64,000 nt of DNA. It comes from Actinomycetota bacterium (lineage in GTDB: Bacteria > Actinomycetota > Actinomycetes > Actinomycetales > Microbacteriaceae). The stretch spans positions 135,314 through 199,313 of the forward strand of contig JBNJKM010000001.1 in the NCBI GenBank assembly GCA_051751085.1, in the 5' to 3' direction. A program made the translations under genes and the position numbers. The notes beneath the pieces are model-generated. The model searched no databases and was not told where the DNA came from. It was given only the letters and a program-made list of their open reading frames with translations. This document shows positions 9,410 through 19,214 of this stretch, piece after piece; position 1 is the first letter of the stretch, and each line of letters begins with the position of its first letter.

Positions 9410-10120
9410 TCAGCGCATCTGCTCGTGGATGCGCTGGGCGATGAGGGCGAGGCCCTCCTCGTTGGGGTGGAGCTCGTCGGAGGCGATGAGGTCCGGGCGG
9501 TCGAGGAACATGTCGCCGAGGTCGATGTACTCGGCGCCGACACGCGTCGCCTCTCGCTCGACCTGCTCGCGGAGGGTGATCAGCTCATCCGGTGTCGGCC
9601 CGTCGTCCCAGAGCGGTGACGTGACCACGAGACGCGCCGTCGGCAGCTGGCGGCGCAGCTCCGTGTAGAAGGTGACGACCGCCGGTTCGAGGTGCGACCG
9701 GTTGAGGTCGTTGCGGCCGCCCGAGACGATGACGATGTCGGGGTTGGCTTCGGCCGCCGCCGGCAGCATGCCGACGTAGGAGGTGCAGCCGGACTGCGGG
9801 CAGAGGCCGTCGGGCCGGCCCGTGGAGTAGCCGGTGCCGGCGATCGCCAGGTTCTGCACGCTCCAGCCGCGCAGCTCACCGAGGATGGCCGGGAAGCCGG
9901 TGCCGCTCAGCGAGGTGCCGGTGCCGACCGTGTAGGAGTCGCCGATGAAGACGGCGGTGGGCCGGGAGTCGCCGGGGGTGCTCGAAGCGCTGAGCTCGGC
10001 GATCGAAGGGCTCGCTGTCGGCGTCGGTGCGGGGGAGCGGGGCCAGAGGACGATGGCGGCCACGATCGCGACCACGAGCACCGTGACCGTGGTCGCGATG
10101 ACTGCCGTGCGGCGGGTCAT
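9410..10120 (-). CDS. Exported SGNH/GDSL hydrolase family protein
   Basis: FIGDSYT block I, GGRND block III, DELHPN block V; N-terminal transmembrane/signal segment. Confidence 0.88.
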   Translation of the reverse strand: MTRRTAVIATTVTVLVVAIVAAIVLWPRSPAPTPTASPSIAELSASSTPGDSRPTAVFIGDSYTVGTGTSLSGTGFPAILGELRGWSVQNLAIAGTGYSTGRPDGLCPQSGCTSYVGMLPAAAEANPDIVIVSGGRNDLNRSHLEPAVVTFYTELRRQLPTARLVVTSPLWDDGPTPDELITLREQVEREATRVGAEYIDLGDMFLDRPDLIASDELHPNEEGLALIAQRIHEQMR

Positions 10121-10130
10121 GGGCTCAGGC

Positions 10131-10173
10131 TGGTCTCGATACGCGGGCGGCTTCGCCGCCTGCTACTCGACCA
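10131..10173. repeat. REP-like element (family 1)
   Basis: TGGTCTCGATACGCGGGCGGCTTCGCCGCCTGCTACTCGACCA, with internal hairpin and a CTAC (GTAG) tag. Confidence 0.8.
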
Positions 10174-11509
10174 CCGGCGGAGGAGTGAGCAAGGCCCTGA
10201 CCGCCTCCAGCGGGACCGTCACCCAGGTGGGGCGGTTGCGCAGCTCGTAGACGACCTCGTAGAGGGCCTTGTCGAGCAGCAGCGCGACGAAGACGGGGTC
10301 GGATTCATCGACCCGACCTGCAGCAGCCGCGTAGCCAGCGAGGAACTCGGTGCGGCGCTCGAAGACCCAGTCGCCCGCTGCGGCGCCGTCGGCCTCCGGC
10401 AGCTCCTGCAACGCAGAGCCTGCCGCGTAGTCGAACGACCGCAGCATGCCGACGACATCGCGCAGGCGCGGCTCGCGCACCATGCGCTCGTGCATAGGCC
10501 GCAGCGGCTCGCCCTCGAAGTCGAGCAGCAGCCAGCGGCCGTCCGCGCCGCGCAACACCTGGCCGAGGTGCAGGTCACCGTGGATCTGCTGCAGCTGGCC
10601 GAGGTGCTGCACCTCGCGCAGCCGGTCGGCCGCCGCCTGCAGCTCGTCCTGCAGGTCGCCGAGCACATCGTGGGCCTCCTGCCGCGCCCACGCCATGCGC
10701 TGCTCGAGGCCGGTGATGAAGCGCAGCGTGTCGGCCTCGTCGGCCTCGACGGTGCCCATCGCCTGTGCGAGGTCGCGATGCACGATCGCGACCGCCTCGC
10801 CGAGCGCTCGCGCGTCGGGCGCCCCGCCGGCGTCCTCGCCCCGCAGGGTCGCGAGGGCGTGCTGCCGGAACAGCTCCCACGCATCCTCGCCGCCCGCGAC
10901 GAACTCCGAGACCGCGAGCAGGTGCCCGGTCACGAACGCGTCGCCCGCGGGCCAGCCGGCCAGCACCGAGGCGAGCAGGTGCGGGATGCGGTCGCAGCCG
11001 GCCTTCGTCAGGGCGCCGGTGACGACCACGTCGGGGTTGTCGCCGGGTGCGACGACGCGGAAGACCTTGGCGATCCAGCTGCCGTCGCCGCCGATGATCG
11101 AGGTGTTCGACTGCTCGCCGGTGATCACGCGGATGTCGCCCGCGGGCGCCGGGTCGGCGGTGGCGTCACCGTCGAGGCCGTTGACCGCCCGCCTGCCGGT
11201 GGCGACGTCGAGGAGAGCCTGCACGGCATCCGCATCGCCGCACGCGTCGACGAGCCAGCGGTCGCCGAGCTGCGCGATGGGGGAGCCGCCCGGCTCGTCG
11301 CGCCACGCGACCGGCACCTGCAGCAGCGTGTCGCCGGCGCGCAGCAGCAGGATGGCGGCGTCGCCGAGGTCGTAGCTCGTCTCGAGGCTCACGTCGACCC
11401 GCTGGCCCTTCAACGGGTACCAGCGGGTGGTGGGCATCCACGCGGTGATGGCGTCGATGACGGATGCGTCGGTGAGGGCGGGAGCGTCGGTCGGAGTGGG
11501 GTCGCTCAT
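10163..11509 (-). CDS. mak: Maltokinase (Mak/Pep2; aminoglycoside phosphotransferase fold)
   Basis: EQSNTS, IHGDLHLGQVL, LLDFEGEP, RDVVGMLRSFDYA, LDKALYEVVYE.RNRP.W. Confidence 0.85.
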   Translation of the reverse strand: MSDPTPTDAPALTDASVIDAITAWMPTTRWYPLKGQRVDVSLETSYDLGDAAILLLRAGDTLLQVPVAWRDEPGGSPIAQLGDRWLVDACGDADAVQALLDVATGRRAVNGLDGDATADPAPAGDIRVITGEQSNTSIIGGDGSWIAKVFRVVAPGDNPDVVVTGALTKAGCDRIPHLLASVLAGWPAGDAFVTGHLLAVSEFVAGGEDAWELFRQHALATLRGEDAGGAPDARALGEAVAIVHRDLAQAMGTVEADEADTLRFITGLEQRMAWARQEAHDVLGDLQDELQAAADRLREVQHLGQLQQIHGDLHLGQVLRGADGRWLLLDFEGEPLRPMHERMVREPRLRDVVGMLRSFDYAAGSALQELPEADGAAAGDWVFERRTEFLAGYAAAAGRVDESDPVFVALLLDKALYEVVYELRNRPTWVTVPLEAVRALLTPPPVVE

Positions 11510-11556
11510 GGTGGCCATCATGCCGGGTGGGGATGAGCGCTGGCTACGAGCGGGGT

Positions 11557-11665
11557 GGTCTCGACGCGCTCAGCGCGCTTCTCGCGCGGAGCGGCTCGAT
11601 CGGCGGGGGGCGCGCGGAGCGGCTCGACCGGCGGGGGCGCGCGGAGCGGCTCGACCGGCGGCGGG
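11557..11665. repeat. REP family 1 element followed by tandem partial copies
   Basis: TGGTCTCGACGCG...GCGCGGAGCGGCTCGA(T/C)CGGCGG with three 27-bp-period repeats of the 3' half. Confidence 0.85.
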
Positions 11666-12973
11666 TCAGGGGAGCGTGTGCAGCTGCAGTCCGTAGACGA
11701 CGGTGCCGAGCTGCGAGATGGGCGCCATGAGGCCCTCCTGCGCGCAGCGGCTGCCGGTGCCGCGGATGCCGGAGACGACGCCGACGGCGCGGGCGCCGGC
11801 CGCGGTCGGGCGGCTCACGATCGGGCCGCCCGAGTCGCCGAGGCAGAAGGCGGTCGCCGTGCTCGCGTGCACGCGCTGGACGTGCATGCACTCGGAGCCG
11901 CGGGGCGTGCCGTAGCAGGTGACGTAGGCGGCGCCTGCGGTGATGTCGCACTTCCAGCCGGTGACCTGGCCGGAGGAGCAGAGCTGGTAGCCGGCGGGCG
12001 GCCACGTGGTCTGCGTGCTGAGGATGTTGACGGTGGAGGTGTCGCCCGTGTAGATGCGGGGGAGCGTGCGGGTGTCGTAGGGCGCGGCGATGACGCCGAG
12101 GTCGAACGGCAGCGCGCCGTCGTTGAGCTCGGCGACGAGGTCGCTGCGGCCGATGCTCGCGCCGGCCTGGTTGCGCACGGCGCGGTCGTCGGCGTAGTCG
12201 CTGCAGTGCGCGGCGGTGACGATGACGGGCTGGTGGCCGTGGAAGCCGGTGAAGCCGGAGGTGCAGGAGACGAAGCTGCCGGTGCGGAACTGCGTCTGCA
12301 CGCGCATGCCGCCGGAGAGGACGGACACGTCGTTCGTGCGGGCGGTGCTGATCGGTGCGACGGTCGCGGCGTCGATGGGAGTGCCGGCGGTGAGCGGCGT
12401 GGCGGCCGCGTTGAGCGGCACGGTGCCGGTCTGCTCGACGGAGACGCGCGCGCCGACCTGGGCCGCCGCATCCTCGGCGCTGCCGATGACATCGAGCACC
12501 CCGCCCTGCAGCGCGATCGGCGCGGAGCCGGCGGCCTGCGCGGCGGCCTCGGTGGGCACCTCGACCGCGAGCGTGTCCTGGCCGAGACCGATGGAGAACG
12601 CGCCGTCGACCGGCATGGCTGCTGCCATGTCGAGAGCGATCTCGAGCAGCTCGGCGCCGCTCGACTCCTGCTCGACGAAGGTGACCTCGATGCCCTGGGT
12701 GCGCGCGTCACGGGCCATGGCCTGGAGCTCGCTCGGCACGTCGCCGGCCCAGCCGATCTGGATCGTGCCTGCAACCGGGTCGCCCTGGATTGCACCGATG
12801 CGGGGGAACGGCGTGAGGGCATCCCAGCCCGCGATGTCATCGATCACGGCGTAGTGCGCCTCTTGGATCGCCGGGATGTCGTCGGCGGAGACCGCGGCGG
12901 GCGCGGGCGGGACGGCGACGAGAGCGGTGCCGAAGGCAAGGGTCATGACAGCAAGGAAGAGCGGGCGGCGCAA
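11666..12973 (-). CDS. Secreted S1 (chymotrypsin-like, streptogrisin/alpha-lytic type) serine protease with prodomain
   Basis: CTSGF, VTAAHC, GDSGGP catalytic motifs; TTG at 12973 gives the signal peptide MRRPLFLAVMTLAFGTALVAVPPAPAA; start uncertain. Confidence 0.88.
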   Translation of the reverse strand: MRRPLFLAVMTLAFGTALVAVPPAPAAVSADDIPAIQEAHYAVIDDIAGWDALTPFPRIGAIQGDPVAGTIQIGWAGDVPSELQAMARDARTQGIEVTFVEQESSGAELLEIALDMAAAMPVDGAFSIGLGQDTLAVEVPTEAAAQAAGSAPIALQGGVLDVIGSAEDAAAQVGARVSVEQTGTVPLNAAATPLTAGTPIDAATVAPISTARTNDVSVLSGGMRVQTQFRTGSFVSCTSGFTGFHGHQPVIVTAAHCSDYADDRAVRNQAGASIGRSDLVAELNDGALPFDLGVIAAPYDTRTLPRIYTGDTSTVNILSTQTTWPPAGYQLCSSGQVTGWKCDITAGAAYVTCYGTPRGSECMHVQRVHASTATAFCLGDSGGPIVSRPTAAGARAVGVVSGIRGTGSRCAQEGLMAPISQLGTVVYGLQLHTLP

Positions 12974-12991
12974 GCGGGAACCTCGTGACGG

Positions 12992-13040
12992 GGCTGGGGA
13001 GCAGACTGGCTGGGGAGCAGTCGACTGGCTGGGGGAGCAG
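12992..13040. repeat. Three direct repeats GGCTGGGG(G)AGCAG upstream of the protease
   Basis: Seen at 12992, 13008 and 13027. Confidence 0.75.
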
Positions 13041-13216
13041 TACCTCGCCGATGCTAGCAAGGTTCAACGTTTCGTAAAGAGTAATCTTTCGCGGATGCCC
13101 GCGTGGCGATGCGAGACGGCGCTCCCTCCGCTGTAATGCGCGGAGCGGGCGCCGTCGGCGTCCGCTCGACCCGGCGCGCGCGTCGTGTCCGTCCTGGACG
13201 GGTGTCGCGCCCTGCG

Positions 13217-14194
13217 CTACTCGGCCGCGGGCACCGTCGCGGGGTTGTCGACCGACGCGACCCGCGCTGCCGGGCGGCGTGAGGGCATCCGTCGGAGCAC
13301 CGCACGCACGACCAGCCAGGCGACGATGGCCAGCACCGCGAGGAGCACGAGCGCCGGCAGTGCCTGCCCGAGCGCGAAGAGCGCCGCAGCGCCCCAGGCG
13401 AGGAAGGCGCCCCATCCGGCGACCAGACCGTCCCAGAAGCTCGGCGTGCCCGTCGGCCCCTCGACCGTCGTAGAGCTGATGCGCACCTCGATCGTCGACA
13501 TCGCGACCTGGTCGGTGAGCGAGCGCTGCTGCGACATGAGCTGCTCGAGCTCGGACGTGCGATCGGTGAGCTGCGCCTCGACCTCGAGCAGCGTCTCGGT
13601 GTCGGCCGCGGTGGTCTGCAGCTCGGTGAGCCGGTCGACGGATGCGCGGCTCGCGTTGACGCGCACCTCCAGGTCGCGCACCTGGTCGGTGACGACCTCC
13701 TCGCCGAGGTCGACGCTCGTCACGTCGCCGAGCGCGCGCAGCGCCGTCAGGAGATCCTCGACCTGCGCGGCCGGCACGCGCACGGTGAGCATCGCCCATG
13801 CCGGCTGGAAGTCGGTCGACGCGCCCTCGGCCCGACGGTCGATCGAGCCGCCGCGGGACTGCGCGGCGTCGCTCACCGCATCCGCCATCTGGATCGGGTC
13901 GCCGACGCGCATGCTGAGGTTGCCGGAGATGATGACGGCGCGGTCCTCGTCGGCCGCTTCGGCGGGGACGTCGTCGCTCCCGCCCATGTCGCCGCCGGCC
14001 GATTCCTCGTTGCCGGGCTGCGGGGCCGCCTCGGGCTCGCCGGCCCAGTCGGGGAGGCCGCCGCTCTCCGTGAAGGGCGCAGGTTGGCCGATGCCGGGAG
14101 CGGGCGCTTGGGATGCGCTCATCGCGCCGCAGCCGGTGAGGAGGACGGTGCCGGCGATGACGATGCCGGCCATCGAGAGGTGTCTGCGGGTCAT
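13217..14194 (-). CDS. DUF4349-type lipoprotein with C-terminal transmembrane segment
   Basis: LLTGC lipobox, LTVRVPA, EDVT-like EVVTDQVRDL, coiled coil, C-terminal transmembrane segment. Confidence 0.8.
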   Translation of the reverse strand: MTRRHLSMAGIVIAGTVLLTGCGAMSASQAPAPGIGQPAPFTESGGLPDWAGEPEAAPQPGNEESAGGDMGGSDDVPAEAADEDRAVIISGNLSMRVGDPIQMADAVSDAAQSRGGSIDRRAEGASTDFQPAWAMLTVRVPAAQVEDLLTALRALGDVTSVDLGEEVVTDQVRDLEVRVNASRASVDRLTELQTTAADTETLLEVEAQLTDRTSELEQLMSQQRSLTDQVAMSTIEVRISSTTVEGPTGTPSFWDGLVAGWGAFLAWGAAALFALGQALPALVLLAVLAIVAWLVVRAVLRRMPSRRPAARVASVDNPATVPAAE

Positions 14195-14283
14195 GCTTCC
14201 AGGGTGGGCCGAGGGTGGGGAAAGCACAGCCCAACCTTTGTGGGGACTCGGGCGTCAGGCATCAGCGTTGACGTTCGGGTGCG

Positions 14284-14331
14284 GTGATTTCGACTCGCTC
14301 AGCGCGCTGCGCGCGCGGAGCGGCTCGATCA
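14284..14331. repeat. REP family 1 element
   Basis: GTGATTTCGACTCGCTCAGCGCGCTGCGCGCGCGGAGCGGCTCGATCA. Confidence 0.75.
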
Positions 14332-14352
14332 GCGAGGCCTACGATCGGACGC

Positions 14353-15291
14353 GTGAGCATGCCGATTCCCGTGATCGTCGACTGCGACCCCGGGCACGAC
14401 GACGTCTATGCCCTGTGGCTCGCGGCAGGGCATCCGTCGCTCGAGCTGCTCGCGGTGACGACGGTCGGCGGCAACGTCCCGCTCGAGCACACCAGCCGCA
14501 ACGCGCGCATCGCCCTCACCGTCGCCGGCGTGCAGGGTGTGCCGGTCGCGGCGGGGGCGAGCGGGCCCATCCAGCGCGAGCTCGAGACGGCCGAGTCGAT
14601 CCACGGGGAGAACGGTCTCGGCGGACCGGTGCTGCCCGAGCCCGCCGAGCCGCTCGATCCCCGGTCCGCGACCGAGCTCATCGCCGACACCGTGCTCGGC
14701 TCGCCCGAGCCCGTTGCGATCATCGCCACCGGCCCCATCACGAACGTCGCGATCGCCTTGCGCGATCGGCCCGAGCTGGTCGGCCGGATCCGGGAGATCG
14801 TCTGGATGGGCGGATCGACCGAGCGCGGCAACTGGACGCCGTATGCGGAGTTCAACGCGTGGGTCGATCCCGAGGCGCTCGCCCTCGTCCTGGAGAGCGG
14901 CATCCGCTTCACGATGGTCGGCCTCAACGTGACGCACCAGGCACTGGTGACCCCCGCGGTGCGAGCGCGACTGGCTGCTCCCGGGAACGGCACGGCAGCG
15001 TTCGGCGACGAGCTGCTCGAGTTCTTCTGCGCCACGAACGATGCGGTGTTCGGTCTGCGCGACGGTCCGCTGCACGACCCGGTCGCGGTCGCGGTGCTCG
15101 CCGACCCGGGATGTGTCGACCTCACGCACGCACGACTCGACGTCGAGCTCGCGGGAGCCGAGACCGTCGGCGCGACGAGCGTCGACCTCGCCGGCGTGCT
15201 CGGGCGTGAGCCGAACGCGTGGGTCGCGACCGGCATCGACGTCGAGCGGTTCTGGGACGGGATGGCGGACGCGATCGCGCGCCTCTCCTGA
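14353..15291 (+). CDS. Nucleoside hydrolase (IU-NH/RihA-like)
   Basis: DCDPGHDD, TGPITN, AEFN.WVDPEA, LHDPVAV; TACGAT 7 nt upstream of the GTG. Confidence 0.93.
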   Translation: MSMPIPVIVDCDPGHDDVYALWLAAGHPSLELLAVTTVGGNVPLEHTSRNARIALTVAGVQGVPVAAGASGPIQRELETAESIHGENGLGGPVLPEPAEPLDPRSATELIADTVLGSPEPVAIIATGPITNVAIALRDRPELVGRIREIVWMGGSTERGNWTPYAEFNAWVDPEALALVLESGIRFTMVGLNVTHQALVTPAVRARLAAPGNGTAAFGDELLEFFCATNDAVFGLRDGPLHDPVAVAVLADPGCVDLTHARLDVELAGAETVGATSVDLAGVLGREPNAWVATGIDVERFWDGMADAIARLS

Positions 15292-15327
15292 TCCGCAGGG
15301 CGCTGCCGCAACCAGAGGTGCGGGCGG

Positions 15328-16335
15328 TCAGTCGCCGCGCTTCGCCGCCTTCGCCTCGGCTTTGGCGGCGCGAAGCTCCGCCTTCGCCGCGGTCCGCGCC
15401 GCGGCCGCCGCGTCGCGCGCCTCGATGGCCTGCAGCCGCTCGACGGCGTTGGCCACCGCATCCGCCGCCTTCGCCTCGGCCTGCCGCAGACGGCCGCGCG
15501 CCTCGTCGACGAGCTTCGCGGCGTCGCGCACCTGCTTGTCGTTGACGATGGCCGTGGGCATGCGCTCGAGCAGCTCGTCGGGCTCGTTGCGCTCGAGCCA
15601 GCGCTCGATGCCGTCGAACAGCCGCGAGAGGCCGAAGCCGAAGCCGCTGCCGTCGTCTTCGACGTCGCTCCGCTCGAAGACGCCCGCGCGCACGGCGGGT
15701 GCGAGCAGTGGGAACCGCTCGTCGGTCACGAGCTCGGGCAGCGCCCGCCGCACGGCATCGTCGACGAGGGCGTCGCTCGACGCCTTCGAGTAGAGGGCGA
15801 TGTAGCCGAGCAGCAGCCGCAGCGTCGGCAGCTTCATGGTGTCGGGCGCGGGCACGCCCTCGAGCGCGGCGAGGCCGGCCTCGATGATGGCGAGCCGGTT
15901 GGGGGTCGTGGGGGTCGAGCTCGGCGGCAGGTCGGCGAGCCAGGGGTGCGCGTCGTACGCCGCCCGCACGAAGACCGCCCACTCGCGCAGCCGCTCGCGC
16001 CACGTGCTGCCGGCGCCGGGCACGGTCACCTCGCTCGCCGTGTCGTACATGAGCAGCAGCAGGCCGTCCTTGCCGGTCACGTAGCGGTAGAGCGACATCG
16101 GTGCGACCCCGACGGCCGCGGCGACCTTGCCCATGCTCACGGCCTCGAGCCCCTCGGCGTCGGCGAGCTCGATCGCCGCCTCGACGATCTGCTCGGTCGT
16201 CAGCTCCCGCTTCGGGCCGCGGTGCGGCAGCTCGGCGACGCCCCACGTCACCGCGTGCGCGTGCGGCAGGTCGGGGACGTGCTCCGGATGGTCGAGATGG
16301 TCGGGCGGGTTCGTCACGGGTGCCTCGTCGCTCAC
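15328..16335 (-). CDS. TetR/AcrR family regulator with long C-terminal Ala/Lys/Glu coiled-coil tail
   Basis: HTH IVEAAIELADAEGLEAVSMGKVAAAVGVAPMSLYRYV; GTGA overlap with the upstream reductase. Confidence 0.88.
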   Translation of the reverse strand: MSDEAPVTNPPDHLDHPEHVPDLPHAHAVTWGVAELPHRGPKRELTTEQIVEAAIELADAEGLEAVSMGKVAAAVGVAPMSLYRYVTGKDGLLLLMYDTASEVTVPGAGSTWRERLREWAVFVRAAYDAHPWLADLPPSSTPTTPNRLAIIEAGLAALEGVPAPDTMKLPTLRLLLGYIALYSKASSDALVDDAVRRALPELVTDERFPLLAPAVRAGVFERSDVEDDGSGFGFGLSRLFDGIERWLERNEPDELLERMPTAIVNDKQVRDAAKLVDEARGRLRQAEAKAADAVANAVERLQAIEARDAAAAARTAAKAELRAAKAEAKAAKRGD

Positions 16336-17159
16336 TGGCGGTCGTCGGGATGGGTGCCGGTGCGCTCGCCGGTCTCGAGCGCCGCGATCGCGGCCATGTC
16401 GTCGTCGCTCAGCGTGAAGCCGTCCACGTCGAGGTTCTCCCGGAGGCGGTGCGGATGCGTCGACTTGGGGATCAGGGCGCCACCGAGCTGCAGATGCCAG
16501 CGGATGATCGCCCGCGCGGGGCTCACGCCGTGAGCGGCTGCGATCCGCCCGATGACCGGATCCTCGAGCACGCGCGAGCGACCGAGCGGGCTCCACGCCT
16601 GCGTGACGATGCCGTGCTCGGCGTGGAATGCGCGCAGCTCGTGCTGCGGCAGCCACGGGTGCGACTCGACCTGGTTGACGACCGGCGTCACTCCTGTCTC
16701 GTCGATGAGGCGCCGGATGTGCTCCTCGGTGAAGTTCGAGACGCCGATCGAGCGGATGCGCCCCTCGCCCTGCAGCGCGATGAGCTCGCGCCACACGTCG
16801 ACGTACTGCCCGCGCGCCGGGCGCGGCCAGTGAATCATGTAGATGTCGACGGGGGAGCCGAGCGCGGCCTCGCTGGCCGCGAACGACGCGCGCACCGCAT
16901 CCGCCGACTGGCTCTCGTCGCCCCAGAACTTGCTCGTGACCGTGAGGCTCGCTCGGTCGAGGCCTGCGTCGACCGCGCGGCGGATCGACTCGCCGACCTC
17001 GCGCTCGTTGCCGTAGAACTCAGCGCCGTCGACCAGCGCGTAGCCGGCCTCGAGAGCGGCGGCCACGACGGCCGGCGTCTCGTCGGCCGGCACCTTGTAG
17101 AGACCGAACCCGAGCGCGGGGAGCGTGCGGCCGTCGAGCAGGGGCAGGGTGGAGGGCAC
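16332..17159 (-). CDS. Aldo/keto reductase (2,5-DKG reductase-like)
   Basis: GFGLYKV, DGAEFYGNE, TSKFW, MIHWP, SIGVSNF, AWSPLG, IPKS. Confidence 0.93.
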   Translation of the reverse strand: MPSTLPLLDGRTLPALGFGLYKVPADETPAVVAAALEAGYALVDGAEFYGNEREVGESIRRAVDAGLDRASLTVTSKFWGDESQSADAVRASFAASEAALGSPVDIYMIHWPRPARGQYVDVWRELIALQGEGRIRSIGVSNFTEEHIRRLIDETGVTPVVNQVESHPWLPQHELRAFHAEHGIVTQAWSPLGRSRVLEDPVIGRIAAAHGVSPARAIIRWHLQLGGALIPKSTHPHRLRENLDVDGFTLSDDDMAAIAALETGERTGTHPDDRQ

Positions 17160-17241
17160 GCTCCAGTGTCGCAGGCGGCCTCGCTCGCCTCATCCCTCGC
17201 AAGGGGGAGACTGCGCGTGCCTTGGCCTGGCGCCCGGCGGA

Positions 17242-17802
17242 TCAGCCGGCGGGCGTCGTCGGCTGCGCGTGGCGCCAGCCGTCGGGCCCGAGCCGGTACT
17301 CGATGCGCACGTGCTTGCGGTCGTGGGTCGCCTGCAGGAACTCGAAGCGCGTGGGCTGCAGCGCCCAGACGACCCAGTCGGGGTTGGGTCGGCCGTCGTA
17401 GTTGGGCCGCCGCATCCAGTCGTCGACCGCGGCGGCAGGGCCGAGGTCGACGACCGTGCCGGTGATCTCCACCTGGCGGCCGAGCGGACGCCAGAAGAGC
17501 AGCGCCGTCGCGACCGGGCGCGCGGCGAGGTGCGCGGCCTTCCGCGAGCCGCGCGACGAGGAGAAGTGGATGCCGCGCTCGTCGACATCCTTGACGATGA
17601 GGGTGCGGCTGGTCGGCTCGCCCTCGTCGCCGGTCGTCGAGAGCGTGAAGGCGCTCGGCTGCCGCTCGCCGCTCGCGATCGCGTCGTCGAGCCATCCGGT
17701 GAAGAGCTGCAGCGGATGCGTCGGCGCGGCATCCGGGTCGAGCGTCGTCAGGACGTCGGGGAAGGTCGGCAGCGCGCGGAGGCGCTCGCGGAGTTGGCTC
17801 AC
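17242..17802 (-). CDS. Pyridoxamine 5'-phosphate oxidase family protein (short PdxH-like)
   Basis: AFTLST, SRTLIVK, LFW.PLGRQVEI.G, EFLQ....RKH.RI.Y. Confidence 0.8.
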   Translation of the reverse strand: MSQLRERLRALPTFPDVLTTLDPDAAPTHPLQLFTGWLDDAIASGERQPSAFTLSTTGDEGEPTSRTLIVKDVDERGIHFSSSRGSRKAAHLAARPVATALLFWRPLGRQVEITGTVVDLGPAAAVDDWMRRPNYDGRPNPDWVVWALQPTRFEFLQATHDRKHVRIEYRLGPDGWRHAQPTTPAG

Positions 17803-17899
17803 GCCGCCACGCTAGCCCCGACTCGCCGCAGGTAGAGGGTTACCTGTGCTCGACGGCGCGTGGTGAGCGCCGATCGCCCTATAGCTGTCGGCGGCGGTG

Positions 17900-19102
17900 T
17901 CAGCGCGGCAGCTCGACCGGCGCCGTCTCGGGCGGCTCGCCGATGCCGTAGCGGAGGTCGGGCTGGTGCCGGCGGAAGATCGCCGCGATCGCCGCGGCGA
18001 TGGCCACCATCACGACCGCGACCCAGACGGCGCCCACGCCGCCGATCGCGTCGATCGCGATGCCCGCGACCGCCGAGCCGACGGCGGCGCCCAGCAGCTG
18101 GCCGGTGCCGATCCACGCGTAGGCCTCGGGGGTGTCGGCGAACTTCACCGTGGCGGCGATGATGGCGGAGAACGCCGCGAGCGCCGGCGCCGTGCCGAGG
18201 CCGGCGACGAAGAGCGCGATCGAGAGGCCGACGACCTCGCTCATCGGCAGCGCGATGGCCATGCCCGCGAGCACGATCGCGAGCCGGATCGCGAGCGACC
18301 ACGGGGTGATGGGGCGGCCGCCGAGCGCGAAGCCGCCGATGAGCGAGCCCATCGCAGAGACCCCGAGCACGATGCCGGCCTCGAGCGCGCCCTCGCCGAA
18401 GGTGGCGACGACGCCGGCCTCGACGGCCGAGAAGCCGCCGATGAACATCGCCGAGATGACGACCGAGAGCAGCACCGGGGGCTTGCGCAGCACGCGGCCG
18501 AGCTTGCGCGTGGTGGGCGGGATCCGCAGGCGGCGCACCTCGGGCGAGATGATGAAGAACGCGGCGCCGACCGCCTGGATCACCATCACGACGAAGAGCG
18601 TCGGGCCGGTGCCGAACCCGGAGACGAGCACCACGAGGAGCACCGGGCCGAAGACCCAGATGATCTCCTGCAGCGCCGCGTCGAAGGAGAACAGCGGTGA
18701 CAGCAGGCGCTGCGGCACCATGCGCGGGTAGAGCGTGCGGACGGTGGGGGTGATGGGCGGCATCGCGGCGCCCGCGATCGCGCCGGCCAGCACATCCGCC
18801 CAGAGCGGCAGGCTGAGCGTCGAGATGGAGAAGAGCGCGCCCACCGAGACGACGGTCGTCGTGACGAGCACGGTGACCGTGCCGAAGCGGGCCATGAGCC
18901 GCGTGACGAACGGGCCCGCGACGGCCATGCCGATCGAGAAGGCGGCGAGCACGATGCCGGCCGCCGTGTAGTTGCCGTGCTCGTGCTCCATGTGCATGAG
19001 CAGCCCGAGCGAGTACATGCCAGCGGGGAAGCGGCCGATGAGTTGCGCGAGGATGATGCGCGCGAGTCCCGGAACCCTCAGCACCTCGGCATACACACGC
19101 AC
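17900..19102 (-). CDS. MFS transporter
   Basis: About 12 hydrophobic segments; TAGGCT 6 nt upstream of GTG at 19102. Confidence 0.85.
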   Translation of the reverse strand: MRVYAEVLRVPGLARIILAQLIGRFPAGMYSLGLLMHMEHEHGNYTAAGIVLAAFSIGMAVAGPFVTRLMARFGTVTVLVTTTVVSVGALFSISTLSLPLWADVLAGAIAGAAMPPITPTVRTLYPRMVPQRLLSPLFSFDAALQEIIWVFGPVLLVVLVSGFGTGPTLFVVMVIQAVGAAFFIISPEVRRLRIPPTTRKLGRVLRKPPVLLSVVISAMFIGGFSAVEAGVVATFGEGALEAGIVLGVSAMGSLIGGFALGGRPITPWSLAIRLAIVLAGMAIALPMSEVVGLSIALFVAGLGTAPALAAFSAIIAATVKFADTPEAYAWIGTGQLLGAAVGSAVAGIAIDAIGGVGAVWVAVVMVAIAAAIAAIFRRHQPDLRYGIGEPPETAPVELPR

Positions 19103-19214
19103 CAGCACAGCCTAGGGGCGCGGGTGTCGAGCCTTCGGGCAGAATGGCGTGTGTCCGCGGCGTCGCCCGGCGAGCGTGCGCTGACGCGGCAGCAGCGGAC
19201 AGGAGAGGCACATC

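Noticed and set aside
19141-19214. Guanidine riboswitch upstream of the agmatinase
   Set aside because: Only a 7-bp stem (TGTCCGC/GCGGACA) touching the Shine-Dalgarno; no paired ACGR tetraloops or ykkC-III consensus recognisable
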